From: Myxococcales bacterium
Lineage (GTDB): Bacteria; Myxococcota_A; UBA9042; JABWCM01; BTVJ01
Length of the DNA: 64,000 bases
Reading direction: 5' to 3'
Assembly (NCBI GenBank): GCA_045863395.1
Contig: BTVJ01000003.1
Location: forward strand, 64,001-128,000
The notes under the pieces were generated by a model that had not been told where the DNA came from, searched no databases, and saw only the letters and a program-made list of their open reading frames with translations. The first letter of the stretch is position 1. Each line of letters begins with the position of its first letter. Positions 29,348-38,237 of the stretch are shown here, piece by piece. A program made the translations under genes and the position numbers.

Positions 29348-30619
29348 TCACTGCTTGTACTTGCAGATGTAGGTGACCTCTACCTTCGCGCCCTCCTTCG
29401 TGGCGGCCTCGCAGGCGGCGCCGTAGAGCTGCATGACGTCCCCCTCCAGGAGGTCCCACCCATCCGTGTGCGTGGGGTCCTTCAGCACCTTCTCCCCGTC
29501 GATCTCCAGGGCGATGAAGGCTGTTCCCGGCGGGATCTGGAGCGGCACGCTGCAGCTCCCGACGGACCCGGCGATGGCGTCGAGCGCAGCGACGAGGTCC
29601 GCCCCGTTGGCGGTGTCATAGTACTTGGGGTCACCAGCCTGGGCCGTGCCGCCAATCTCCGCCATCTTGTTCAAGACCTTCTTGGCCCCGCTGGAGCCGG
29701 TGATGCCGATGACGTAGACCTTGGTCTGCTTCGCGACCAGGGAGCTGACGGCCGTGAAGACCTCGTCCTCCGCGCACTGGTCCTCGTTGAAGCACAGGAA
29801 GTCACAGCCGAACGCGCAGCCGCACTTGCCGCAGTCGATGGCGCAGTTGGGCTTGCCGTCCGTGGCGACGATGACGATGCGCTCGCCCGCCGGATTGGCC
29901 TGGTTCACGACCTGGAGCGCCGCTTGGAGGGCGCCTCCCGTCGGTGTCCCGCCGCCGGTGCCCGCCGCCTCCATGACGTCCACGATGGCGGGGCCGTTGT
30001 TGAGGGCGAAGCCGACGTCGGCCTTGGCGGGAAGCACGCAGCCCCCGCCCGACTTGGGCGGGAACAGGAGGAGGCCGAAGTTGATGTATGGCCCGTGGAC
30101 CTCCAGGACCTCCGCTACGGCGGCCTTGGTCTGCTCCCAGTTGGTGCCCTCCATGCTCCCAGAGCGATCCATCACGATGAGCACCGTGGCCGGGACCTTG
30201 GGCTTCTCCAGGGTGACCTCGTCCTCTCCACAGGTGGGCAGCACCGTGCCGTTGCCGGTGTCCTTCGATGGCGTGCCCACGTCCTCGGGCTGCGTGACGG
30301 GCACATCGGGCTCGTGCGTGTCCCAAACAGGAGGGATGGGGGTGTCGTCTGGGGTCACGTCCTGGAGTACGTCCGGCACTACCTCGCCAGTGTCTTCGAG
30401 GGGGGCCAGGGCGTCGTCTCCGGCGACATCGCTGCCAGCACCGTAGCCGTAACCGCCGCCCCCGAAGGTGCCGCCGCTCGGCGCGCCCCCGGCGCTGTCC
30501 GCGGTCCCCTGCCACGCGGAGCTCGGGTCGACCGCGGCGCCCGGGTCGCTGCAGGCGGTGAGCGCCAGCAGCAGGGGCGCGATCCAGAGAGCGATCCGTA
30601 CGGGCTGCGTGGGCTGCAT
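29348..30619 (-). CDS. von Willebrand factor A domain lipoprotein (CglB-like)
   Basis: Lipobox LTAC, acidic linker, MIDAS DRSGS, GGTPT, and ATDGKPNC with a Cys-rich insert. Confidence 0.85.
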   Translation of the reverse strand: MQPTQPVRIALWIAPLLLALTACSDPGAAVDPSSAWQGTADSAGGAPSGGTFGGGGYGYGAGSDVAGDDALAPLEDTGEVVPDVLQDVTPDDTPIPPVWDTHEPDVPVTQPEDVGTPSKDTGNGTVLPTCGEDEVTLEKPKVPATVLIVMDRSGSMEGTNWEQTKAAVAEVLEVHGPYINFGLLLFPPKSGGGCVLPAKADVGFALNNGPAIVDVMEAAGTGGGTPTGGALQAALQVVNQANPAGERIVIVATDGKPNCAIDCGKCGCAFGCDFLCFNEDQCAEDEVFTAVSSLVAKQTKVYVIGITGSSGAKKVLNKMAEIGGTAQAGDPKYYDTANGADLVAALDAIAGSVGSCSVPLQIPPGTAFIALEIDGEKVLKDPTHTDGWDLLEGDVMQLYGAACEAATKEGAKVEVTYICKYKQ

Positions 30620-30811
30620 GGGCGTCCTCGGGTGTGAACTCTGGCGCCGCCAAGGATACGCACTCGACGCGGGATGCTCAACCACGACCGGTCTGTTGGC
30701 TTGCGTCCCGATGGCGATTCGGGTGTGAATAGGAACCGGATCGGACCGTCGACGGCCCGGCCGCAGCAAGCGGCGCACCACAATGCAGTCACGGACTCAG
30801 GAGGTCTAGTC

Positions 30812-31294
30812 ATGTTTCGACGGATGATGGTCGTGCTCGGGCTCGCGGTGACGTGTACCGCGACGACGGCGGCAGCGCAGACGCGGCTCTCGGGAGAGGC
30901 GCTCTCGCCTGTGCGCGACGCGGTGATGGCGACGGGGATCAACGTGATCGAGCAGCGCACCATGGTAGGGCCCGCGGGCACCGAAGATCTGTGGCTCTAC
31001 ACCAACGACTCCTACGACAACACCGTACAGCGGCTCAAGAAGGTGTTCACGGCAGAGACGGCGCTGCCCGGTGGGTGGCGGGTCGTCGCCCACGTCCGCA
31101 TGGTGAACAGCGGGGACTTCAACTTCACGCTGCGCAACGACGCGGGCGAGTCCATGCTGCTCCAGGTGCGGCCCGACGGAGACAAGGCCATCGCCCGCAT
31201 CGAGGGGCGCAAGAGGGGGGACTCGCGCAGCCGCCCCCAGTCCCGGCCCGCCCAGCCTGACGCAGTCCCGCTCCCCGTCGACTTCACACCCTAG
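30812..31294 (+). CDS. Secreted hypothetical protein (160 aa)
   Basis: AGGAGG RBS and signal peptide MFRRMMVVLGLAVTCTATTAAA. Confidence 0.75.
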   Translation: MFRRMMVVLGLAVTCTATTAAAQTRLSGEALSPVRDAVMATGINVIEQRTMVGPAGTEDLWLYTNDSYDNTVQRLKKVFTAETALPGGWRVVAHVRMVNSGDFNFTLRNDAGESMLLQVRPDGDKAIARIEGRKRGDSRSRPQSRPAQPDAVPLPVDFTP

Positions 31295-31459
31295 TAGGGC
31301 GTCGCATAAGTAATGATGCAATCCGGAGGGTCGAGGCGCCCCGCCAGGCGTTCGGCCCAAGCGCCGGAATACTCATGGTATTTCAAGCTTGGGCCGGGCG
31401 CCTGGCGGGGATGGATCGGCCCTCCCGGTTGCATCATTACTTCGGCGACGCCCTACTAG
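31291..31459. mobile_element. 169-bp foldback element bounded by CTAG (MITE/REP-like)
   Basis: Ends CTAGTAGGGCGTCGC...GCGACGCCCTACTAG. The two halves are imperfect inverted repeats along the whole length; no coding capacity. Confidence 0.7.
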
Positions 31460-31501
31460 AGTCGTCGCCCCCCAGGCGCCGCGGCGGATTCGCCTCGCTG
31501 G

Positions 31502-33409
31502 CTACCGCCCCTTCCCCTTCGGTCGCCCCCCGCCCTTCTTCCCCTTCCTGGGTGCCTTGGACGCCTTCTTCGCCGCCTTCTCCAGGCGCTGGCACTCCGC
31601 GCGTAGCCGGTGCGCGTTCTTGCGTGTCCAGCGGCTCCAGTGGGTGTAGGCGTCCTCGCGGCTCCACCCGGTCGAGCCAGGGTCGGTCTTCGCGATGTAG
31701 GTGAGGCCGCGCTGCGCGTTGAAGGAGACGTGGTCGCGGGTGTCGATGATGGCGCCGAGCAGAGCCGTCGCGGCCCGCGCGTCCAGCGCCTCCATGGGGT
31801 AACCAGCGGCATTGAAGCCCTCCACCAGCCAGTCGAGCGGGGAGCGGTCCTTGTTCGTGGCCCACCAGGCGCTCCACTGGTCAGCGGCCTCCTGCACGGG
31901 CCGGGCGTGCGCGGCGGAGACCACCCCTCCCGACGCCGAGCCGGCTGGGGTGGCCAGGTCGGCCGTGGTCCGGTTGGTCAAGAGCGCCAGGGCCTCCTGG
32001 AGGGTCGCGCCCGTGTCCGGGTCCGAGCCGGGGAGCGCTGCGATCAGGGCCGGGACCGCGCGCCGGACGGCGAGGCGCCCGAGAGCCTCCGCGGCGCGGG
32101 CACGCACAGTGAAGCGCTCCTCGGAGAGTCCGCGGGGGGCGGTCAGGTCTCGCGTGTCCGCCAGCAGCTCGATGAGGGCGGAGCGAGCCCGCTCGGCTCC
32201 CCCCGCCGCCAGGGCGCCGAGGACCTGCACGGCCCGGCGGGCGATGGGCCCGTCTGGCTCCCGCCCCACCCGGCGCTGGATGCGCTCCACCTCGTCCACC
32301 GCCCGCAGCCTCTCCAAGGCGTCCAGCGCCTCCATGCGCACGTCGGGGCTCTTGTCCCCCAGGCGCTTGGCGATGGGCGCGGCCGCCTCCCGGGCCCCGA
32401 GGACGCCCAGCAGGTAGGCCGCGGCCGCCCGCCGGCGGGCGCTCTTGGCGCGCAGCGCGGCGATCAGGTCGGGGATCCGCGCGGTCGCGTGCTCCGGGTG
32501 GAGGGTGACACCCGGGCGCACACGGCCCGTGTCCACGCACCCCTCGGCGACGTTGGACCCGGGGCAGTAGATGCGGACGTGGAAGTGGTCGTCGTGGGGC
32601 AGGGCGCCCACCGGCTGGCGGAGCACCGCGTCCGCCGCCGCGATCAGCGCCTTGGGCTCCCGCCTGACCTTGGCGGCCTCGAGCATCATCGCCTTGAGCG
32701 GGTTGGAGACGAAGATGTACTGGAGCTCGATGGACGAGTCGTTCAGGAGCGCCTTGACCAGCTCCCAGTTGCGCGCCGGGTCGAATCGCAGGCGCGCCGC
32801 GGAGTCCGCCGGGCGCCCCGTGGCGTCGAGACGCACCAGATCGTCGAGCGCGGGCTGCGTGCCGTCGGGGGCCAGCAGATAGAAGGCCAGGTCCACGTCG
32901 CGCCCGTTGTTGTGGCTGACGCTCCAGGGGATGTCCCCGCCGCCGCCCTTGGCCATGTTGCCCACCTGGAGGACGGCGCCCGGGTAGCGCTTCGCGACGC
33001 CCTTGGCAGCGCGAAGCAGCGCCTCCACGAGCTCCGTGGAGCCGAAGTTCGTGCCCCGCTGGCGCTGTGTCGTGGTGACCCGGTGGTTCTCGCCGTCCAG
33101 CGGGAGTTCGGCTCCGGCGAAGAGCCAGCCCTCCGTGACGCTGCCTACGGACAGTGAGCCCGCGTGGGGCTTCCCCAGGAAGAGGTGGCGCCTGGGCGTG
33201 ATGGGCAGCGGCAGGGCGCGCGCCACCTCGACGCGGCGGCGGGGTGCCGGGTCCGGCGTGAGCGAGGTCTCGTCGGGCCGCGCGGGCGGGCGAGGGTGCG
33301 TGAGCAGCGGCCTGGGCGGTGGCCCCGGGCGAGTGACCTCGCTGTCCTTGGCGCAGGAGCTCGAGAGCATCAGCAGGGCGCCCAGCAGCGCCGTCGTGCG
33401 CGCGGTCAT
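31502..33409 (-). CDS. Penicillin-insensitive murein endopeptidase (MepA-like) fused to HEAT repeats, lipoprotein
   Basis: Signal ending SSSC. LAS metallopeptidase motifs SHNNGRDVD and HDDHFHVR; C-terminal HEAT units (RRAAAAYLLGVLG, VRARAAEALGRL). Confidence 0.85.
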   Translation of the reverse strand: MTARTTALLGALLMLSSSCAKDSEVTRPGPPPRPLLTHPRPPARPDETSLTPDPAPRRRVEVARALPLPITPRRHLFLGKPHAGSLSVGSVTEGWLFAGAELPLDGENHRVTTTQRQRGTNFGSTELVEALLRAAKGVAKRYPGAVLQVGNMAKGGGGDIPWSVSHNNGRDVDLAFYLLAPDGTQPALDDLVRLDATGRPADSAARLRFDPARNWELVKALLNDSSIELQYIFVSNPLKAMMLEAAKVRREPKALIAAADAVLRQPVGALPHDDHFHVRIYCPGSNVAEGCVDTGRVRPGVTLHPEHATARIPDLIAALRAKSARRRAAAAYLLGVLGAREAAAPIAKRLGDKSPDVRMEALDALERLRAVDEVERIQRRVGREPDGPIARRAVQVLGALAAGGAERARSALIELLADTRDLTAPRGLSEERFTVRARAAEALGRLAVRRAVPALIAALPGSDPDTGATLQEALALLTNRTTADLATPAGSASGGVVSAAHARPVQEAADQWSAWWATNKDRSPLDWLVEGFNAAGYPMEALDARAATALLGAIIDTRDHVSFNAQRGLTYIAKTDPGSTGWSREDAYTHWSRWTRKNAHRLRAECQRLEKAAKKASKAPRKGKKGGGRPKGKGR

Positions 33410-33960
33410 GTGCCCGGGGTACAGACGGTGACGGACGGGCTCTTGGAGCAGCCGAAGTCCTGGCAGTCGATGAAGCCGTTCTCGTCATTGTCGATGCCGT
33501 CGCTGCACGCGGCATCACTGGACTCGCACACCTCGGTCAGGCTGGCGCAGTCCGCGTCGCGGCAGTCGAAGTCCCCGTCCCCGTCATTGTCCAGGCCGTC
33601 GATGCACTTGAGCGGCGTGTCCTCGGGCTCCTTCACCTCCGGGGTACAGGCGGTGGTCGGCTGGCAGGAGAAGTCCGCGCAGTCCGTGTAGCCGTTGCCG
33701 TCGTCATCCTTGCCGTTGCTGCACTCCTCGGGCGTGCTCTCCTTCGCGCCCGGCTCCCGGGAGCACAGGGGGGCGAGGAGGCAGTCCTCGTCGTCGCAGT
33801 CCGTCTTGCCGTCGTCGTCGTTGTCCAGGCCGTCGTCGCAGAGGTCCAGCTCGACCCCTTTGCAGCCCTGGCACTCGGCGGTCATCCACAGGGGCGTTCG
33901 CGCCTCGCGACCGCAAGCTGCAACCAGAATGGCGAGCAGCGCCGTTCGCAGTGCCGTCAT
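33406..33960 (-). CDS. Small lipoprotein with four Cys/Asp-rich putative Ca-binding repeats
   Basis: LVAAC lipobox-like signal and four C-x-(D/N)G-x-D(N/D)D-x-x-G-x-x-DC-x-D-x-x-C repeats. ATGA overlaps on both sides. Confidence 0.82.
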   Translation of the reverse strand: MTALRTALLAILVAACGREARTPLWMTAECQGCKGVELDLCDDGLDNDDDGKTDCDDEDCLLAPLCSREPGAKESTPEECSNGKDDDGNGYTDCADFSCQPTTACTPEVKEPEDTPLKCIDGLDNDGDGDFDCRDADCASLTEVCESSDAACSDGIDNDENGFIDCQDFGCSKSPSVTVCTPGT

Positions 33961-34712
33961 GGTGTCTCCTTGGCGGCGCCTCGGCCGCGGCGCCGTCGGC
34001 GCGCCTCGATGAATGCGCGGGATGCCGCGATCAGCCTCTGGCCGGGGCGGAAGCGGGGGCGCCGGGGCTCCCGGGGCTTCTTCTCGTACTGCTCCCGCTC
34101 CACGATGGCCGCGAAGAAGCCCGCGAAGTAGCTGCCAGCCGACAGCAGCGAGAAGCCGATGCTCCCGAGCAGCATGATGCGCCCGGCGTCGGTGAAGTGG
34201 ATGACCCCCTTCCACACCAGGTAGTCCACCTCGTAGTCGTAGCCGATGAGCAGCATGACCAGACCGCAGAGCTGAAACGCGGTCTTCCACTTGCCCGACT
34301 GGACCACGTCGATGACCAGCCCCTCCTGTTGCGCCATGCCTCGCAGCGACGTGACCGCCGTCTCCCGCGCCAGCAGCAGCACCACCAGCCATGCGGGCAG
34401 CTTGCCGAGCGCGACGAGCGTCACCGTGGTCGCCATGACGATGAGCTTGTCCGCCACGGGGTCGAGGAACTTGCCCCACAGGCTGACCAGGCCGCGGTTG
34501 CGGGCGATCCAGCCGTCGAGGAAGTCGGTGACCGCGGCCGCGCTGAACAGCAGGGTCGCGAAGAAGGCTGACTGCGGGGTGTCGATGAGCATCAGCCAGA
34601 TCACGAGGGGGATCACGACGATGCGCCCCAGCGTGAGCACGTTCGGGAGGTTCCAGATCTCCTCACGGAGGCTGCGGGGCGGCTGGAACTCGCGGGCCGG
34701 GCGGCGCTTCAT
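33957..34712 (-). CDS. pgsA: CDP-diacylglycerol--glycerol-3-phosphate 3-phosphatidyltransferase
   Basis: NLPNVLTLGR, TDFLDGWIAR...GKFLDPVADK and GKWKTAFQ. Confidence 0.93.
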   Translation of the reverse strand: MKRRPAREFQPPRSLREEIWNLPNVLTLGRIVVIPLVIWLMLIDTPQSAFFATLLFSAAAVTDFLDGWIARNRGLVSLWGKFLDPVADKLIVMATTVTLVALGKLPAWLVVLLLARETAVTSLRGMAQQEGLVIDVVQSGKWKTAFQLCGLVMLLIGYDYEVDYLVWKGVIHFTDAGRIMLLGSIGFSLLSAGSYFAGFFAAIVEREQYEKKPREPRRPRFRPGQRLIAASRAFIEARRRRRGRGAAKETP

Positions 34713-34751
34713 CGCCCCTCATCTACTGAATGTGCGGAGGACTTGTAAAGC

Positions 34752-35444
34752 TCAGGGGAGGGACGCGGTGCTGACCGTCGCCTTGTAGCGGTAGTAGTGT
34801 CCGAGGACCTTCTTCACGTAGTGCTCGGTCGCGCTGTAGGGGATGCCCCCTTTGAGCTCCACCGCGCCGTGGCCCGCGTGGTAGCCCGCGAGGGTCTTGA
34901 TGATGTCGCCGTTGAAGCGGTTGGCCAGCCAGCGCAGGTAGCGGGTGCCTCCCATGATGTTCTGCTCCGGGTCGAGGCGATCGGTTACACCCTGGTCGGA
35001 GGCGGTGCCGGGCATGAGCTGCATGAGCCCCATGGCTCCTGCGCGGCTCACGGCGCTCGGGTTGAAGTTGGACTCGACGCGGATCACCGCCCGGATCAGC
35101 GGGGCGGGGATCTGGTAGCGCTTGGACGCGCGGGCGATGGCGTCGTCGAAGGTGCCCGGCGTGGGTGACGCGGCCGGGACGGGGAGAGGCTCTACCCGTG
35201 CGGAGGTGCCGTAGGAGGCGCTCGACGGCGCGGAAGCCGAACGGGAAGACGTCGCAGGACCTCGCAGCACCACCTTGCAGTTCTTCACGGGGCAGGTGTT
35301 GGAGAACCACAGCTTCCCGTTGCGCTGGTACTGATAGAACGTATCAGCCGAGGCGCTGGGGCTCCCCGAGAGCAGGATCGCGGCCACGGCCGCCGCCGCC
35401 ATCGAGAGGGCCGCAGAAGCGGCGCGTGCAGGTGCGATTCGCAT
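34752..35444 (-). CDS. Soluble lytic transglycosylase (SLT domain), secreted
   Basis: Signal peptide, then VIRVESNF, GAMGLMQLMPGTA and NIMGGTRYL. Confidence 0.92.
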   Translation of the reverse strand: MRIAPARAASAALSMAAAAVAAILLSGSPSASADTFYQYQRNGKLWFSNTCPVKNCKVVLRGPATSSRSASAPSSASYGTSARVEPLPVPAASPTPGTFDDAIARASKRYQIPAPLIRAVIRVESNFNPSAVSRAGAMGLMQLMPGTASDQGVTDRLDPEQNIMGGTRYLRWLANRFNGDIIKTLAGYHAGHGAVELKGGIPYSATEHYVKKVLGHYYRYKATVSTASLP

Positions 35445-35623
35445 GGTCTCCCTGGTTGGCCCGTCGTGGCCTCTTGTCTAGCACACTCCAAGGCGTGGCG
35501 ACAGTGTTTCCATCCCGTCGATGTTTCCCGAATGGCGCCCCCTGCCCCGGCGCGTTGAGCTTTTCCGCCGGTGGGGCTATGGTGGGGCCCGGCTCCCGCC
35601 GGATGGGGGCCACGGAGCGCATC

Positions 35624-37231
35624 ATGGAGCACCGGTTCGATCATCTGGTCATCGGCAGCGGCGTCGCGGGGCTGACCTACGCCCTCGACATGGCGATGCA
35701 CGGCACGGTGGCGGTCGTCACGAAGCGGACCCTGGACGAGTCCAACACGAAGTACGCCCAAGGGGGCATCGCGTCCGTGTGGAGCGGCGACGACTCCTTC
35801 GAGGAGCACATCCGCGACACGCTCACCGCCGGGGCCGGCCTGTGCCGCCGCGACGCCGTGGAGGTCACCGTCACCGAGGGGCCGGAGCGGGTCCGCCGGC
35901 TCATCGAGCTCGGGGTCCAGTTCGACCAACGCGAGAAGGAGCAGGGGTACGACCTGACGCGGGAGGGGGGCCACTCCCGGCGGCGCGTGCTCCATGCCTC
36001 CGACATGACGGGGCGGGAGGTGGAGCGGGTCCTCGTCGAGCACGTGACCAACCACCCGAACATCGCCGTGTTCGAGCATCACGTCGCCATCGATCTGATC
36101 ACCCGCGCTCGCCTGCTCCGGGGCAAGCAGCCTGACCGGGCGCTCGGGGCTTACGTGCTGGACTCGCGGAGCGACCTGGTCCACACCTTCCTGACCCGCA
36201 CGACCATGCTGGCGAGCGGGGGCGCGGGGAAGGTCTATCTCTACACGTCGAACCCGGACGTGGCCACCGGGGACGGCGTGGCCATGGCCTTTCGCGCCGG
36301 GGCCCGCATCGCCAACATGGAGTTCTTCCAGTTCCACCCCACGTGCCTCTACCACCCGCAGGCCAAGTCGTTCCTGGTGTCCGAGGCGCTGCGAGGGGAG
36401 GGCGCCGTCCTGCGTCGGCGTGACGGCACGGCGTTCATGGCCGGCTACCACCCCATGGCGGACCTGGCGCCGCGGGACCTGGTCGCGCGCGCCATCGACA
36501 CGGAGCTGAAGCGCTCCGGCGACGACCACGTGGTGCTGGACATCACCCACCAGGACCCGACCTTCCTGGTCGAGCGCTTCCCCGGCATCCACGCCGAGTG
36601 CATGAAGTACGGTATCGACATGCGGGTGCAGCCCATCCCGGTCGTGCCGGCGGCCCACTATATGTGTGGCGGGGTCGTCACCGACCTCGAGGGTCGCACC
36701 AGCATCCCGGGGCTGTATGCGTGCGGCGAGGTGGCGTGCACGGGCCTTCACGGCGCGAACCGCCTGGCGTCCAACTCCCTGCTGGAGGCGCTCGTGTTCG
36801 GTTACAGGGCCGCCCTCGACGCTCGAGGGGCGGACGCGATCACCCCGGACCTCACGCCGGACGTCCCGGCTTGGAACACCGGTCTCGCCAAGGACCCGGA
36901 GGAGGCGGTCGTCGTCACCCAGTGCTGGGACGAGATCCGCCGCTTCATGTGGAACTACGTGGGCATCGTGCGCAGCAACAAGCGGCTCCAGCGGGCGGCG
37001 CGGCGCCGTGCGCTCGTGGCGGACGAGGTGCGGCAGGAGTACTGGAACTTCTACCTCACGCCGGACCTCATCGAGCTGCGCAACATCGCGGACGTCGCGG
37101 GCCTGATCATCGAGTCGGCCCAGATCCGCCAGGAGAGCCGCGGCCTGCACTTCAACCTCGACTACCCGGACCGGGACGACGAGAACTGGCTGCGGGACAC
37201 CGTCGTGTGGCGCGGACGTCCCCGCGGCTGA
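35624..37231 (+). CDS. nadB: L-aspartate oxidase
   Basis: IGSGVAGL, AQGGIA, EGGHSRRRVLH, QFHPT, SEALRGEG, HYMCGG, GLHGANRLASNSLLE and ESRGLH. Start at 35624 or 35603. Confidence 0.96.
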   Translation: MEHRFDHLVIGSGVAGLTYALDMAMHGTVAVVTKRTLDESNTKYAQGGIASVWSGDDSFEEHIRDTLTAGAGLCRRDAVEVTVTEGPERVRRLIELGVQFDQREKEQGYDLTREGGHSRRRVLHASDMTGREVERVLVEHVTNHPNIAVFEHHVAIDLITRARLLRGKQPDRALGAYVLDSRSDLVHTFLTRTTMLASGGAGKVYLYTSNPDVATGDGVAMAFRAGARIANMEFFQFHPTCLYHPQAKSFLVSEALRGEGAVLRRRDGTAFMAGYHPMADLAPRDLVARAIDTELKRSGDDHVVLDITHQDPTFLVERFPGIHAECMKYGIDMRVQPIPVVPAAHYMCGGVVTDLEGRTSIPGLYACGEVACTGLHGANRLASNSLLEALVFGYRAALDARGADAITPDLTPDVPAWNTGLAKDPEEAVVVTQCWDEIRRFMWNYVGIVRSNKRLQRAARRRALVADEVRQEYWNFYLTPDLIELRNIADVAGLIIESAQIRQESRGLHFNLDYPDRDDENWLRDTVVWRGRPRG

Positions 37232-37742
37232 CCTGCGCCCCCGCCTCCACCTCCCGTCGTCCTCTGCCTGCCTCGATCACGCTGCCTTTGGGCCTCCGCT
37301 TGGGGCTCGGAATCAACCGGCCGTATCGGGGTTGTCACAGATGTGCTATCGTTTGGAGTGCTCTGCTGGGCGGGCCTCGCCCTGTGGAGCACAGCGTTGG
37401 CACGGAGGAACCGGCCATTCGTCACGCGCTCACAGGGTCAGCCAGCACCCAGCTCCGCGACGTCCTGCCCCGGTCCAAGGCGGCCACGGCGTCATTGCGG
37501 CGCGAGCGCGCTTGTGTGGCGAGGCGTCTCTCCTCCGTGCGCGATGCTCCCATGTTCCCATTACGGGGCGCGCTCCAGTTCGGGGCGCCCAGCCCACATC
37601 GATTGTCCACCGTTCAACCTGACCCTGGGGTGCTGCCCCGCGAGGGTCACGCCGGACCCCGTTCCCTGGCCACCAGTGCGTCGACGGCGCACATGGCGGC
37701 CGGTGTCCGTCCGTGGGGGACGGCGAGGAGCAAGGAGGCATC

Positions 37743-38135
37743 ATGCAGATCGACCTGGTCGTGAAGGACACCGAGCTCGATGCGTACGGGCAGGAGCGCA
37801 TGCGCAAGAAGCTGACCAAGACCCTGGGCCGCTTCCGCCGCGAGGTGCCCATCCGTGTCGCTCTCGAGGAGCGAAAGGGCTTCTACGACGCCCGCGTGGT
37901 CGGCGTCGTCGGCGGGCGCGAGCTCGTGGGGCACGCGGACTCGCGCATCCTCCTGGAGGCGCTCGACGAGGCGCTGGCCAAGTTCGACCGGCAGTTCCTC
38001 AAGCTCAGCGACCGCACCTCGAAACGGCCGAAGGCCAAGGGGGTGCGCAAGGACGTGGAGGTCGTCAGCGCGGCCGTCATCGGGGAGGTCGAGATCGACG
38101 AGCCCGAGCTGGTGGTGGTCGCGCGATCCGCATGA
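37743..38135 (+). CDS. HPF/RaiA-like ribosome-associated protein (divergent)
   Basis: AGGAGG RBS. The beta-alpha-beta-beta-beta-alpha pattern MQIDLVVKDTEL...KKLTK...ALDEALAKFDRQF resembles sigma54-modulation/S30EA proteins. Confidence 0.65.
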   Translation: MQIDLVVKDTELDAYGQERMRKKLTKTLGRFRREVPIRVALEERKGFYDARVVGVVGGRELVGHADSRILLEALDEALAKFDRQFLKLSDRTSKRPKAKGVRKDVEVVSAAVIGEVEIDEPELVVVARSA

Positions 38136-38237
38136 GCCTCGGATCACAGGGGGGGCCGCCGAGCCTCGTGCGGGTCCCCGCCCCAGGCACGTCTCGTCGC
38201 CGTGGGTGTTCGATCACGCCAAGGACCTGGAGGGGAC

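Noticed and set aside
37398..37413. TGGCACG sigma54 -24-like element
   Set aside because: There is no GC at the -12 position.
37232..37742. raiA-motif RNA, 6S RNA or SRP RNA upstream of the HPF-like gene
   Set aside because: I could not find the conserved sequence blocks I associate with these RNAs; kept only as an unassigned structured region.
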